45,471 bases of DNA from Octopus bimaculoides (GCF_001194135.2 NC_068990.1:60554914-60600384), one strand, 5' to 3'. Shown: positions 11,545 through 23,502, counted from the stretch's first letter. Numbers and translations are program-made. The notes: generated by a model from the sequence alone, not told the origin.

Positions 11545-11602
11545 CATAAAGTATGGTACGTAGATGCTATTTAAATTTAACTCTGCTTCTATTGCATATA
11601 AT

Positions 11603-11962
11603 ACACACACACACACACACACACACAAACCTTATTCATTGGTTAATCATATTACCATTGGTTTCATATTGAAAGAGATATCTCCGTCTTGGATCAAGAT
11701 GGAGATGAACACTAATGTCCCATGTGGCAGATTTGAATAATTGTTGAGAGACATCTCTCTCAACATGAAATCAATGGAAGTCTGATTAACCTATGAATAA
11801 AGAACATTTATCCACAATGTGGTGTTGAACACTCATTCTCACTGATCAATATTAACCCACACACACACACACAATATACACACACACTCAAACACACAGA
11901 CACATATACACTCAAACACACAACACATATACACACACATCACACACACACACACATATATA
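11603..11962. repeat. Two CA-rich microsatellite tracts (11603-11627, ~11857-11962)
   Basis: Seen directly. Confidence 0.85.
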
Positions 11963-12961
11963 TACTAACAATTTATAAAACTTGTGTAAGACGAAAATTA
12001 ACATAATTATAATAATTATACAGTTTTATAACAAATAAACCATACCTATAACAAAATAAACAGCCAGAAGAAAAGGATACTGAAAATAAATTGAGCAAAC
12101 ATTATAGAAGTCATTGATATAAACAGGTAAAGTTTATCAAATAAGAGAAAATTAACATTTAAAAGGGAAGGAAGTGGATAAATAAAAGCTACAACTGAAA
12201 ATAATTGAATAAAAAGTATGAGAAATGTATGGAAAAAAGTATGAAAAAATTGGACAATGTATGAAAAAAAGGTTTCAATTAAATCTAAAATTCTTAGAAA
12301 GGATTTAAAAAGAACTATCACTGTCTTAGAAATAACAATTAGAGAAGTAAATAAATATGTAGCATGAATGTTTAAAAAACCAAAAACAGAAATATATGTA
12401 AAGTATGAAGATGAGATAGACTACATTAAGTAGAAAAATGAAGATTTTTATCTCAAAGAATTTTTCGAATAGCTTTGCATTTAAGTACAAAAAGAACAAT
12501 ACTTCAACCTTCACAAGCAGTGCGAAAGTTTGAATCAAGTATCTTTCTACATTAAAGTAAAATAATAAAGTTTATAAAATTTCTCAAGAAAACAAAGAAA
12601 CTGTGACATAATCATCAAGCACTTGATGAAGTCCAAAATGGAAAAAAAAATAAAAGAAAGATTATATTCTGTGAATGCAATTAAATAAAGTTTTAGGTTA
12701 GGTAGAAAGAGAATATATTGTTTAAAATACCTTATAAAATAAACAAATTTTATTATCAAATCAGGGATGAGAGTAAATACTGTATGATGGAAGGAAAGAG
12801 GGAGTGGTTGTTACTATGAGAGAAAGAGCTGATAGATTATTGAAAATGACTTCTTGGTTTATCATCATTTGTTGTTTTTTATAATAGCTCATATGAGACC
12901 ATCTTGGTAGGAGGAAGATAATAGATTTAGTTAAAACAGAGCTACAGTGGGAGCACTGTTA

Positions 12962-13200
12962 TTAACCCTTTGGAAACAGAATTTCATTTGGAGTTTCAAT
13001 GCCAAGAAGACAGAACCCTTTTCACAAACCCTACAGAGGGCATGTACTTATTGTTTCTTTGAATTATAAAAAATAAAGTAATTACTTTACATGCACAAAA
13101 CTATATATATTCTTATAGGAAACTGAATGAACTAATACAATCTTCTTCATCATTCGACTTTTTGGCTGATAGATTGGCCCTGTCATCTCCTAAGGGTTAA
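12962..13200. mobile_element. TTAA-flanked (piggyBac-type) MITE, family 2
   Basis: TTAA|CCCTTTGGA ... TCCTAAGGG|TTAA termini. Confidence 0.65.
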
Positions 13201-13383
13201 GACTGAAATGTGCAGGCAGACAGCAATGAAGTATTATAAAACATTTGTTAATTACACAGTGATTTCACTGAGTTGTTCTCTGCCTGTTACCTTTTTAGGT
13301 ACTCTTGGAATGAGAATTAAATGCTCTTGTCATGTGCAGAGTGCAGCACCAGTAGTCCTTTTACTGACAGATATTGTGTTGAA

Positions 13384-13600
13384 TGAGGCGGTGAGCTGAT
13401 AGAAATGTTAGCACACTGGGCAAAATGCTTGGTGGTATTTTGTCTGTCTGCATTCTGAGTTCAAATTCCACAAAGGTCGACTTTGCCTTTCATCCTTTTG
13501 GGGTCGATAAATTAAGTACCAGTTGTGTACTGGGGTGGATCTAATCAACTGGCCCTCTCCCCCCAAAATTACAGGCCTTGTGTCTAGATTAGAAAAGATA
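13384..13600 (+). mobile_element. SINE family A, full length
   Basis: A-box-like head gagctgatagaaatgttagc, B-box gagttcaaattcc, central domain and tail. Confidence 0.93.
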
Positions 13601-13824
13601 TTCGGTTGAATTGATCAACTTGAAATGAAATGAAAAATTATTAGATTAGATTGAGTGGTCAGTGTGAACAGGATTTTTCAATTAGAGGAGGTATGAGGGC
13701 AAAATAGCTCAATCTATGATCATCTCTGTTCTTTTCTAAACTGGAAGGTGAGTCATATGAGGCTTGTATAGCTACTGTTTAAATTCAAATATTGCATTAC
13801 TGTTTGGTAGGGTGATTAATATTA

Positions 13825-14053
13825 TTAACCCTTTAGCATTTAAACCAGCTATATCCAGCCCAAATATTCTTCTTGCTTTTAGTTCAAACTGAGCAGATTT
13901 GACCTCTTGCACCTACCCAACATTGTCTTTCCAAACATTAATGATCACATCGATGAAGTTTGAAATTTACGAGATTAATACATGAGTAATTCAAAATAGT
14001 GTGAATATATAGGCATCGCATTTGACAAAATAATCTGAATGCTAAAGGGCTAA
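13825..14053. mobile_element. TTAA-flanked (piggyBac-type) MITE, family 1
   Basis: TTAA|CCCTTTAGCATT ... AATGCTAAAGGG|CTAA. The internal sequence is shared with the copies at 34301 and 39451. Confidence 0.9.
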
Positions 14054-14380
14054 GGAAGTATCAGATATAGTCAGTTCTTGGGCAAAGTGAAATGAGTATT
14101 AAAAGAGGATTTGAATAAATATGTTACTGGCTGGTGTACTAAATGCCATATGTGAGAACATTTTCATTTCACTGAAATTTCCTTTTTAGTTGCAGAAAGG
14201 AGAATAAAAACACCTAGCAGTAATTGTTAGTAAATCTCAGAGAACAAAGGAGATACTTTCAAGTAATTAAGAATTAATTTCTCAAAGTTAACTTCTATAC
14301 GAAGGGAAAAAATAAATTTATCAATGCTGACTAGGGACAATTATGGACATGCTTCAATCTATTAGACTTCATCAGCATAC

Positions 14381-14763
14381 TCTTTTACTCTTTTACTTGT
14401 TTCAGTCATTTGACTGTGGCCATGCTGGAGCACCGCCTTTAGTCGAGCTAATCGACCCCAGGACTTATTCTTTGTAAGCCTCGTACTTATTCTATCGGTC
14501 TGTTTTGCTGAACTGCTAAGTTATGGGGACGTAAAGACATCAGCATCGGTTGTCAAGCAATGTTTGGGGGACAAACACAGACACACACACACACACACAT
14601 ATATATAACAGGTTTCTATCAGTTTCCATCTACCAAATCCACTCCCAAGGCTTTGGTTGGCTCAAGGCTATAGTAGAAGACACTTGCCCAAGGTGCCACA
14701 CAGTGGAACTGAACCTGGAACCATGTGGTTCGTAAGCAAGCCACTTACCACACAGCTACTCCT
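14381..14763 (-). mobile_element. tRNA-headed SINE family B (CORE-like body, internal CA microsatellite)
   Basis: The reverse complement reads gctgtgtggtaag...ggttcagttccactg..gcaccttgggcaagtgtcttctactatagcc...tail gcagtcaaatgactgaaacaagtaaaagag. Confidence 0.93.
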
Positions 14764-16711
14764 TCGCCTAGTTAATAATTTATTCAACTCTTCCTGGTTT
14801 TTACTGAGATATTATTGATGCTGCTGCTACTGGTGGTGTTGCTGTTGTTGTTTAGCTCCAGGTCAGCTCTAATGATGCAAACCTTTAATCAAAGGCAATC
14901 CAGCCAAGATAATGCTTTTAATAAAAAGTATATAGGAATACATTATCTACTGTATACTTCCATTTCTCAAGATGGCAAGATAATATTTGAGGGAGATTTG
15001 GCTGTTGTTTCTAGGAGGTTGAGCAGAGAAGGGTTAATCCAGTAGGTGGATATATCTCATGTCTCGAGTCAACATATATCTTTTGGGAAGGTAATACTTG
15101 TTAATGAATATAAGTACAACAGAGAACAGCTAGAAATAGTTGAGATCAGCCCAAGAGAATGAAAGCTAATGTTAACAGAAGAAATGGAAAAGAGGATGGT
15201 CAGTTTGAGAGTCAGTTATGAAGAGAAATCAAATTCAGAGCAGCTTAAGAAAGCAAATATTAACTTTTACATGAAGATGATGATTGTGATGATCATAGTT
15301 TCTCTTTGAGGGCAAAAACCTCGTGATTTCCAATGATAAATATATTCAGTTATTCACTCATCTTTAGATGAAAGAACTCCCTTGTTGCAAACTAATATTT
15401 GTATTGTAGTTTATTTAACTACAGCAGAAATCCAATTTTCGCAATTTAAAATCTTTCTTTTGATCTATTCATTCCAGATCTAGAATTCTGTTGGTATATC
15501 ATCATTATTCTCATTAAAGACATGCCACATTCACATTTATCAATCACATAAAATCTTGCTCGAGTAATATCAAGTTTTGTATGAAATTATCTTGGGTGAT
15601 TTGATTTACAAAAGAAAGTTAAAGAAAGAATGATCTGTGAGAAAATTGAAAGAAAGTTCTAGCAAGAGACATGTAATAAGAAAGAATCAAAGTATCAGAC
15701 AAAATGGAGAGTTTTCTGGGAAAATAGGAGGATAAGACAAATGGCAACTGAGTTCAAAGAAGAACTGAAAGATTGCATAAATCCCAAATTTGGTCACATG
15801 TTATAAAATAGCTAATCAGAGAAGTCTTTCCCTAGTATTGCATTAATTGAACAGGTAAGCTTGTAGGTCCCTTGACTGATCAATCAAAATTTTGAAGTAA
15901 ATGATGTCAACTTTATTGGGTATTTCATATGTCTGGTTTTGCTTCCTGTTTGTATGAGCTTTATTGTTACAGAGACAACAACCTAATAAGTGTACAGTTA
16001 ATATATTCAATAAAACATGCACAGCTGGTATATTTATTGGAGAGGTTCTTTTTTATGCCAAGTATTATATTATTCTCTAAATCATAACAATAACATGATT
16101 TTAATTCCTAGTGTAGCTGTTTTAATTTCTGTTTTTAAAGATAGAAGAATTTAATTTGAGTGAGGTCTGACTGCTATCTCTGGCAGGTTTTTGACAATGC
16201 AGAAGCTCTCCCCATTTTTTGAAACCCACATTTTTAATAGAAATTAAAACTGATAACTCAACAGTCATTCTTTTTTAATACTCAGCTTGAATATTTCATA
16301 ACTTCCCTACATATCAATTACCATTGTTTTTATGGTATCATAAATAATTAGATGAGAGAGTTCACAACAAAATTCTCACTCTAATATTAACCATTCAGAT
16401 AAGAGTTCAAGTGAGGTAGAGAACGTGTCTTCATTATAGTCCCACTTCAAAACTTGTTGAATTTGAACCAACCACACTCTCTGTCAGACATTTCCAAACT
16501 TATTGCATTGATGGCACACTTTAAAAAAAAAAAGAATTTTCACAATACATCAATCAACCAAATTAACAAAGCTAAACATATATTGTAAAGTATATACAAA
16601 AAATAAATAATGCAGTAAGATACATGAACATGATGTAAAGAACACAGTTCTTGGTTAAAATGTTTGATAAAGACATCTTCATTCTGCTGTTTAACATTTT
16701 TAAACTTCCAG

Positions 16712-16757
16712 GTAACTCTTTCCCAATATTCAGATGGTCTTCATTCCACTATGGCAG
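16712..16757 (+). CDS. Candidate host-gene exon (VTLSQYSDGLHSTMA)
   Basis: Acceptor tttttaaacttccag, donor CAG|gtgact, cactATGG start context. No homology recognised. Confidence 0.3.
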
Positions 16758-17163
16758 GTGACTTTTTCTCAACTACAACTTTAATCGTTATGCTCCCCAA
16801 AGCTGTTGACTGTTCACCAATACAATACAGTACATCAAGTTGTTCCTGAAAAAATAAGACATTAAAACATCTTCAAATTCAGCCCAAACAATTTGTCATT
16901 GTTGAAAAATCCAACTTGGCAAGTGTATATAGAAGAAAGTTACATAAGAATTCATAAAAATTCTTAAGATTTGACTTAATTTCATGACACACCTAGAGAT
17001 CAACAGTGGTATACTAAAATTGTAATAACACAGTTTGAAACTTCTTCACTATATAATTGTTTGACCTGGCAGAAATAACAACCAAATCTCTTCTAAATCA
17101 CACCATACTATTTTCTATAAGAACGATGCTTAAATTTTTACTTTTTCTTTTTCTTTTTTTTTT

Positions 17164-17324
17164 TGGTGGGGTAAGTTGATTACATTCACCCCACTGCTCA
17201 ATGGTACTTATTTTATCAACCCTGAAAGGATGAATGGATGAAATTTGAATTCAGAATGTAAAACAAGAAGAAATGCCACTAAGCATTTTGTCTAACATGC
17301 CAACAATTTGGTCAGCTTGCACCC
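17164..17324 (-). mobile_element. SINE family A, partial
   Basis: Reverse complement of the head, B-box and central domain. Confidence 0.85.
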
Positions 17325-17487
17325 TTTCAAATCCCTGACAAAACATCAGATAATATGGAACTAGATAAGTTATCTGTGGCAACTAAATATCAACTGTCAT
17401 GGAAGGAATACCATTCATTGTGCGTGTTTGCTCAGTCAGAGTTAATGTGGAGCTAAACAACAACAAAAACAACATGGGTTTATTCTC

Positions 17488-17730
17488 TTATATTTTTACT
17501 TGTTTCAATCATTTTACTGTGACCATGCTGGAGCATCACCTTAAAGACCATTTTTTTAGTTGAAGAAATCGACCCCAGGACTTATTCTTTGTAAGCCTAG
17601 TACTTATTCTATCAGTCTCTTTTGCCAAACTGCTAAGTTATGGGGATGTAAACACACCAGCATCGGTTGTCAACCAATGGTGAGGGGACAAACACAGACA
17701 CAAAGACACACGCACATAAGTATGTATATA
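17488..17730 (-). mobile_element. SINE family B, 3' half
   Basis: Reverse complement of the family B tail up to the internal microsatellite. Confidence 0.9.
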
Positions 17731-17744
17731 TGTATATATATATG

Positions 17745-18115
17745 AGTGGCTGTGTGGTAAGAAGCTTGCTTCTCAACCACATGGCTCTGGGTTCAGTCCC
17801 ACTGTGTGGCACCTTGGGCAAGTGCCTTCTACTATAGTCTTGGGTCAACTGAAGCTTGTGAGTGGATTTGGTAGACAGAAACTGAAAGACACCCATCGTA
17901 CATATGTATGTATGTATGTTTGCTCCCCTCCCCCATTGCTTAACATCGATGTTGGTGTTTTTACATACCTGTAACTTAGCTGTTCGGCAAAAAAGACCAA
18001 TAAAATAAATATTTGGCTTACATAGAATAAGTCCTGGAGTCGATTTATTCAACTAAAGGCAGTGCTCTAGCATGGTCACAGTCAAATGACTGAAACAAGT
18101 AAAAAAATAAAAAGA
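17745..18115 (+). mobile_element. SINE family B, full length
   Basis: Head gagtggctgtgtggtaagaagc through tail gaaacaagtaaaaaaataaaaag. Confidence 0.93.
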
Positions 18116-18164
18116 ATATATACAACAGTCTTCTTTCAGTTTCCGTCTAGCAAATCCACAATAT

Positions 18165-18848
18165 CACCAAAGAATTTCATAGCATGGATGGAATACTGGT
18201 TCAATTGGATAAAACCGGAAACATGTACAGGCTTACCAAAGAATATTACCTAGAAATGCTTAGAAAAGATATACAGAAGAATTATAGGATTACCAGTAAA
18301 AGTGCAATCAGGAAAGCCAATCTTGAGGCAAAGAAAATTATGGAGAAATATGATTTACATATGAAAACAGAACCCCTTGATGCTAAACAACCTCATTTTA
18401 TTTTAAAAGATCACAAACAAATTTTTTTTTAATAACCCATCCTTACAACTTATTTGTCCTACCTCTGACATCAGTGACTAAGCAAAAATATTCTAGACAA
18501 ATATATTCTACCTTAGTTAAAAAATTAAAGTTTAATTTATGGTCTAATTCGTTCCAAGAGGTCGACTGGTTTAGTTCAATTAATAACAAGAAGTGCACTA
18601 AGTTTATCCAGTTTGACATTTCTAGTTTCTATTCCTCTATCAACCCAATCATACTTAACAAGGCACTCTGGCTTGTTCACAACAAAGCAGGTCTCACCAG
18701 GGATGAAATTAATGTTGTGCTGGCCACCAGAAAATCTATTATTAAATTTGATAACAAGCTATAGGTCCGTAAAGATACATCCGACAGTTTTGATGTCACA
18801 ATGGGCAGTTCTGATTCAGCACAAACTGCTGATTTACGTGTGTTGTTA
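18165..18848 (+). mobile_element. PLE reverse transcriptase N-terminal half, decayed
   Basis: LDKTGNMY, QPHFILKDHK, LKFNLWSNS..V.WF, motif A region FIQFDISSFYSSI (~18603-18641), motif B region FDVTMGSSDSAQ (~18789-18824). Stops and frameshifts are present and there is no YxDD motif. Confidence 0.9.
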
Positions 18849-18849
18849 G

Positions 18850-19460
18850 TTGAAAGAGAGGATGTAGTACTATTTATGGAGAAATTAGAATTAAAATCGT
18901 TGTTAGGGGACTGGCAAGTTTCATAATTATTGTTGTTGTTATTATCATTATTGTTACTATTATCATCATTAGTAGTAGTAATGGTATTATCACTATCAAA
19001 AGCACTAGCAATAGTAGTAGTGGTGGTATCAGTCATATTGGAGTTATTAATATTAGTATTAGTGGTAGTGCTATTAGTATCAACAGTTGCTTCAGTTACA
19101 CTTTAACATTCATAGGAGACAGGGATATTTGTACCTTGGTTAATTCTGGCTGTAGTGCTAGGGTTGCAGGTGTAGTGGTATTAGTGTTTTCATAGCTTTG
19201 ACTTATGTTATGGTTATGTATATTTAGGTAATAGGAATTAAGTTTACGCCTTTTGGAAGAGGTAACAATAGATTCTATATTGGGTGGAGAAGAATAGGAT
19301 AATTTTAGGGTAGATCTTTTAAAGATTGAATGGTATTTATGGAGACATAGGAAGTTAGAGTCTACTATTTGAAAGAATGTTTTGTCTAATCCCTTAACAG
19401 TTAAGGTGAACGGGGGTGTAAACCAGATCTACCGCCACTCTTGTTAGGTAAAATAGGGTA
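18850..19460 (-). mobile_element. PLE post-RT linker and start of the endonuclease with a T/N/S-rich expansion, inverted relative to the adjacent RT fragment
   Basis: Minus strand from 19425: WFTPPFTLTVK / KTFFQIVDSNFLCLHKYHSIFKRSTLKLSYSSPPNIESIV, then PVSYEC*SVTEATVD followed by T/N/S-rich codons to ~18850. Confidence 0.85.
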
Positions 19461-19650
19461 AGTATAATCTATAGTATTTGTTAGAGGTGAGTTGTAGGCT
19501 TTATTGTTGTTTATCTGTTTGAGTTTCAATTATTTGTTATATGGATGAGCATAGGGTTGACAAAAGCGTCTCACCTGAGGTCCTTCCAAATTACAAGCAG
19601 GGGTTTTAGTTTGTCTATTTATAGTGGAATGATCTATTTGTCTAGTAGTC

Positions 19651-19870
19651 CCTTTCTTTATCCTACTCTAGGCACAAGGCCCGAAATTTTGGGGGAGGGA
19701 GCCAGTCGATTAGATCAACCCCAGTATGTAACTGGTACTTAACTTATCAACTCCAAAAGGATGAAAGTCAAAGTCGACTTGTTGCGGAATTTGAACTCAG
19801 AATGTAAAGACAGACGAAATACTGTTAAGCATTTCGCCCAGTGTACTAACATTTCTGCCAGCTCATCACC
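19651..19870 (-). mobile_element. SINE family A, full length
   Basis: Reverse complement of head, B-box, central domain and tail. Confidence 0.93.
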
Positions 19871-20189
19871 TGCCTAGTAGTCCCTTTGGGACTGAGATTA
19901 GCGATGTGTTTTTTTAAGCCTAATGTTTGCCATGAATTTAATTTGCTGGGAGAAGCCTCTACCAGTTAGCACCTTGTTATGGTATGCAGTGTGGTTATTG
20001 AAGATTCCCTCCATAACCAAGAGATCAGATATCCAGTAGGATTCGAAATGGTCAGTCTCAAGCAGGATTCAAAATGGCTAATTGAAGTGGCTGTTTACAT
20101 CTCAGTTTTGTCAATCAAAATAACCCCTCGTACCAGAACATCCAGTCATTATTTTCATAGAACAGTGAGAGGTAAGTCTTAGTTTGATG

Positions 20190-20306
20190 TTTTGCAACCC
20201 TAAAGATTCTGCTTGCATATTCACAGCAAACAAGGCACAGGGCCAGACTTTAGATCATGTAGGTATATTTTTACCCACTCTGATGTTTACTCACGGCCAG
20301 TTATAC
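20190..20306 (+). mobile_element. Helitron PIF1-like helicase C-terminal fragment
   Basis: IFTANKAQGQTLDHVGIFLPTLMFTHGQLY resembles the AMTINKSQGQT..VG..L..PVFSHGQLY motifs. Confidence 0.85.
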
Positions 20307-20925
20307 AATTTAATTACCCTAATTAAATTACACTAAATGATTTGAGATACTCATGGATGCATGGACGGACAGATGGACAGATGGACAGATGGACGGACAG
20401 ATACATAGATACGTACATACTTTATTCTGTGTATAGCCTGGTATCTATTCAGTTGCCCTCAGAAGGATAGAATAAAAATTAACACCGGTGGGATTTGATC
20501 TCATAATGCAAATGAATGAATAGAGAACTGATGTTTAATGTTGGATTATCATTTTGCTGTGAATAAATAATTATTAAATTGTAATTTTGAAACCTTTTAT
20601 CTATCATGTTTGTTTGTGGGTTTCAAGTACACAGAGATACTTTTGTTTATTGAAAGCAGACAACAGATAAATTTAGCAGAAATGAATTTTGAAATGAACT
20701 TGATAAAAATAAGGAAAGGAAAGATATAATTGATTGCAGATTGAGTGTCTGTTAACAATGAGTAGCACAAAAAGACCATCAGCAATGTTTAAGGACCAGA
20801 TATAAAATTCATCACCACCAATGACACCACCACTACCAGTGACAAGCAGGTGCATAAACAAAAATGTGACATAATAGCCTAAATAGTAGCAGGTTTACAA
20901 TAGCCACTTGGAAAGGAGCATAAAT

Positions 20926-20928
<3 letters not shown>

Positions 20929-20981
<53 letters not shown>
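20929..20981. repeat. (CA)n microsatellite
   Basis: Seen directly. Confidence 0.98.
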
Positions 20982-20983
<2 letters not shown>

Positions 20984-21513
20984 TATCATAATTTAAAAGA
21001 TAAATATTATATCTCTGAATTGTCCTCTTGTCTTGCCTTGGAGAAAATGAACAATAGAATGCAGATAACATGAGCTGTTCTTTATCTGTTGTTTATGATA
21101 AAGAGAGAGAAACAGGACAGAGAGAGGGTGGAAGGATGGGGAGGGTAGGGAGGTGGACAGTGGAGTGTGTGACAGATTGGTTTTATAACCAACTTTTAAG
21201 ATGAATCAATTTCTATGAGAAAGCTGAAGAGATTAGGGTATTTTTGAGTGAATCAAGGAGGTGGTAAGACTTTTTAACAGAACCATACACAAAGGCATCT
21301 AATATTTTAAAGATTTTTTGACTCCTTTCATTACAACATACAATCTACATATATATTTGTACGTGTATGTGTGTGTGTGTGTGTGTGTTTATATATACAT
21401 CACAGTATCAACCAGACCATCCAATGGTCTTATATATTGCTGGTCAGAATACTCATCCAATTCTATCTTCATTGTGCCTTTCTTTTCCCTTTTGACAGCT
21501 AAAGCAATATAAT

Positions 21514-21555
<42 letters not shown>

Positions 21556-21580
21556 CACACACATACACCCCACTCACATA

Positions 21581-21800
21581 AAGGCGACGAGCTGGCAGAA
21601 ACGTTAGCACGCCGGGCGGTATTTTATCTGCCTCTACATTCTGAGTTCAAATTCCGCCGAGGTCGACTTTGCCTTTCATCCTTTCGAGGTCTATTAAATA
21701 AGTACCAGTTATGCACTGGGGTCGATATAATCGAATTAATCCATTTGTCTGTCCTTGTTTGCCCCCTCTGCGTGTAGCCCCTTGTGGGTAGTAAACAAAT
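21581..21800 (+). mobile_element. SINE family A, CpG-rich copy with a variant tail
   Basis: gagctggcagaaacgttagcacgccgggc...gagttcaaattccgccgaggtcgac. The tail differs from the other copies. Confidence 0.92.
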
Positions 21801-21833
21801 AACACATACATACACACACACACACACACACAC

Positions 21834-21858
21834 NNNNNNNNNNNNNNNNNNNNNNNNN
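21834..21858. other. Assembly gap
   Basis: N run between (CA)n and (TA)n. Confidence 1.
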
Positions 21859-21984
21859 ATATATACTTTCTTATCAAAGCTACAAAAACATCACAAAATC
21901 GACTGTTACTCAGAGTTTCATGTTTCCATTTGTCAGACAGTTGTGATCAAGACTGAAATTTATATATATTAATATGAAGACATA

Positions 21985-22280
21985 TGACTTAGTGGTTAGA
22001 GCCTCAGGCTCACAATCATGAAGTAGTGAGTCTGATTCCTGGACCGGACTGTGTGTTGTGTCCTTGAGCAAGACACTTTATTTCACGTTGTTTCAGTTCA
22101 CTCAGCTGTAGAAAATAAGTTGTGATGCCACTGGCAGCCAAGTTCTATCGACTTTTGCCTTTCCCTTGGATAACATTGGTGGCATTGAGAGGAGAGGCTG
22201 GTATGCATGGGTGACTGCTGGTCTTCCATAAACAACCTTGCCCAGACTTGTGCTTTGGAGCGGAACTTTCTAGGTGCAAT
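21985..22280 (+). mobile_element. tRNA-headed SINE family C
   Basis: ttagtggttagagc (A-box-like), gtgtccttgagcaagacacttt body. A second copy lies in reverse at 39481-39780. Confidence 0.85.
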
Positions 22281-22309
22281 GTATGTATGTATGCATGTAT
22301 GTAGGTATG

Positions 22310-22524
22310 TATGTTTGTATGTATTCTCATGCAGAGAGTTACATATCTAGACATGCTCACATATATTTAAATGATAAACTACTGGAAAGTTTTACAGATC
22401 TTTACAGTTCCAGTGATGGATTGGATCTGTGGTCTTCGAATTAGCTTTCTCCTTTCTGGTTTTGAGAAGCCTAATTTCTCAAGATTGGTATTTAGGCAGT
22501 ATGTTACATATCCCAGAGCCCCAA
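22310..22524 (-). mobile_element. 3' fragment of the same R4/Dong-like LINE as 4150-5325
   Basis: GALGYVTYCLNTNLEKLGFSKPERRKLIRRPQIQSITGTVKICKTFQ is nearly identical to the C-terminus at 4950-5103, plus the start of the 3'UTR. Confidence 0.93.
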
Positions 22525-22555
<31 letters not shown>

Positions 22556-22959
22556 TGTATGCATGCATGCATGCATGCCTGTATGTATGTTGTTACCAAT
22601 CTTAAACGTTTGTATAATGCTAACTTAAAAGGGGATTACTATGTATAGACCACTGGAATCTAGAACCAAGAAAGAAAAAGAACTAAAGGAAAGTCCTTAG
22701 AAATAAGCATTATTACTGTTTTCTGTCCACTTTTTCTTATGGACAAAGACTGGGCGCCATGGAGATTAAGTTAGCATGGTTATAACTTATTTTATCTTAC
22801 AAAAGAAAGAAAAAAGGAAAAGAAAACAATAATTGGAGTTGTCAGAAACTGACCATCTATTATTATATGTTTGTGATTGTCTGTGTGTGAATGAGAAATT
22901 GTATGAACTGGTTGAAATTTTGGTGACAAAAGAGGGATACAAACAGAGTCAGGCAATCA

Positions 22960-23240
22960 CAGGCAATAGATAGGTAGGTGAAGGGGAAAGAGAGAGAGAA
23001 AGTGAGAGATAACTGGGAAACATGTTCTCCTTTTGATAAAGTCATCTTAGTAGGAGACTTTGGACAGATATTTTCAATTATTCCAAAATGGAACAGAATC
23101 AGAAGCTGTTTGAAATCATTACATCTATGGAGACATATATTAAGAAACGTAAACTGGAAACAATTACATGGACTTACCTTAAGAAAGACCAACATTCCAC
23201 TGATTTTGCTACAAGTTCTTTTCAAACTTGGAGAAAGGGA
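22960..23240 (+). mobile_element. Helitron PIF1-like helicase central fragment
   Basis: QAIDR...VRD....SPFDKVILVGDFGQIFSIIPK...SCLKSLHLW...LFKLGE resembles EAxDRxLRD..PFGGKxVLxxGDFRQxLPVIP..ACLKxSxLW. Confidence 0.85.
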
Positions 23241-23327
23241 TTGATCAAAATGGAGAAATATCTATGGATGACATTTATAAATAAACATTATCAGCTTACG
23301 TAAAACAAAAATCAAAATTTATTTTCT

Positions 23328-23502
23328 TGTGGCTGTGATAAGAAGCTTGCTTCCCAACTACATGGATCTAGGTTCAGCTCCACTAGATGGCACCTTGGGC
23401 TGAGTGGATTTGGTCGATGGAAACTGAAAGAAGACCATTGTGTGTGTGTGTGTGGGGGGGTCTGTGTCTGTGTTTGTCCCCCACCACTACTTGACAACCG
23501 TG
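23328..23502 (+). mobile_element. SINE family B, internally deleted 5' part
   Basis: Head plus gcaccttgggc joined directly to tgagtggatttgg. Confidence 0.85.

Noticed and set aside
13384-13600. tRNA genes at A/B-box-like motifs in SINE heads
   Set aside because: No cloverleaf can be built; they continue into SINE bodies present in many copies.
16741-16845. Minus-strand candidate last exon EQLDVLYCIGEQSTALGSITIKVVVEKKSPAIVE* after a good ttttttcag acceptor
   Set aside because: No compatible upstream minus-strand exon chain was found and no homology is recognised; it overlaps a plus-strand candidate. Unresolved without RNA-seq.
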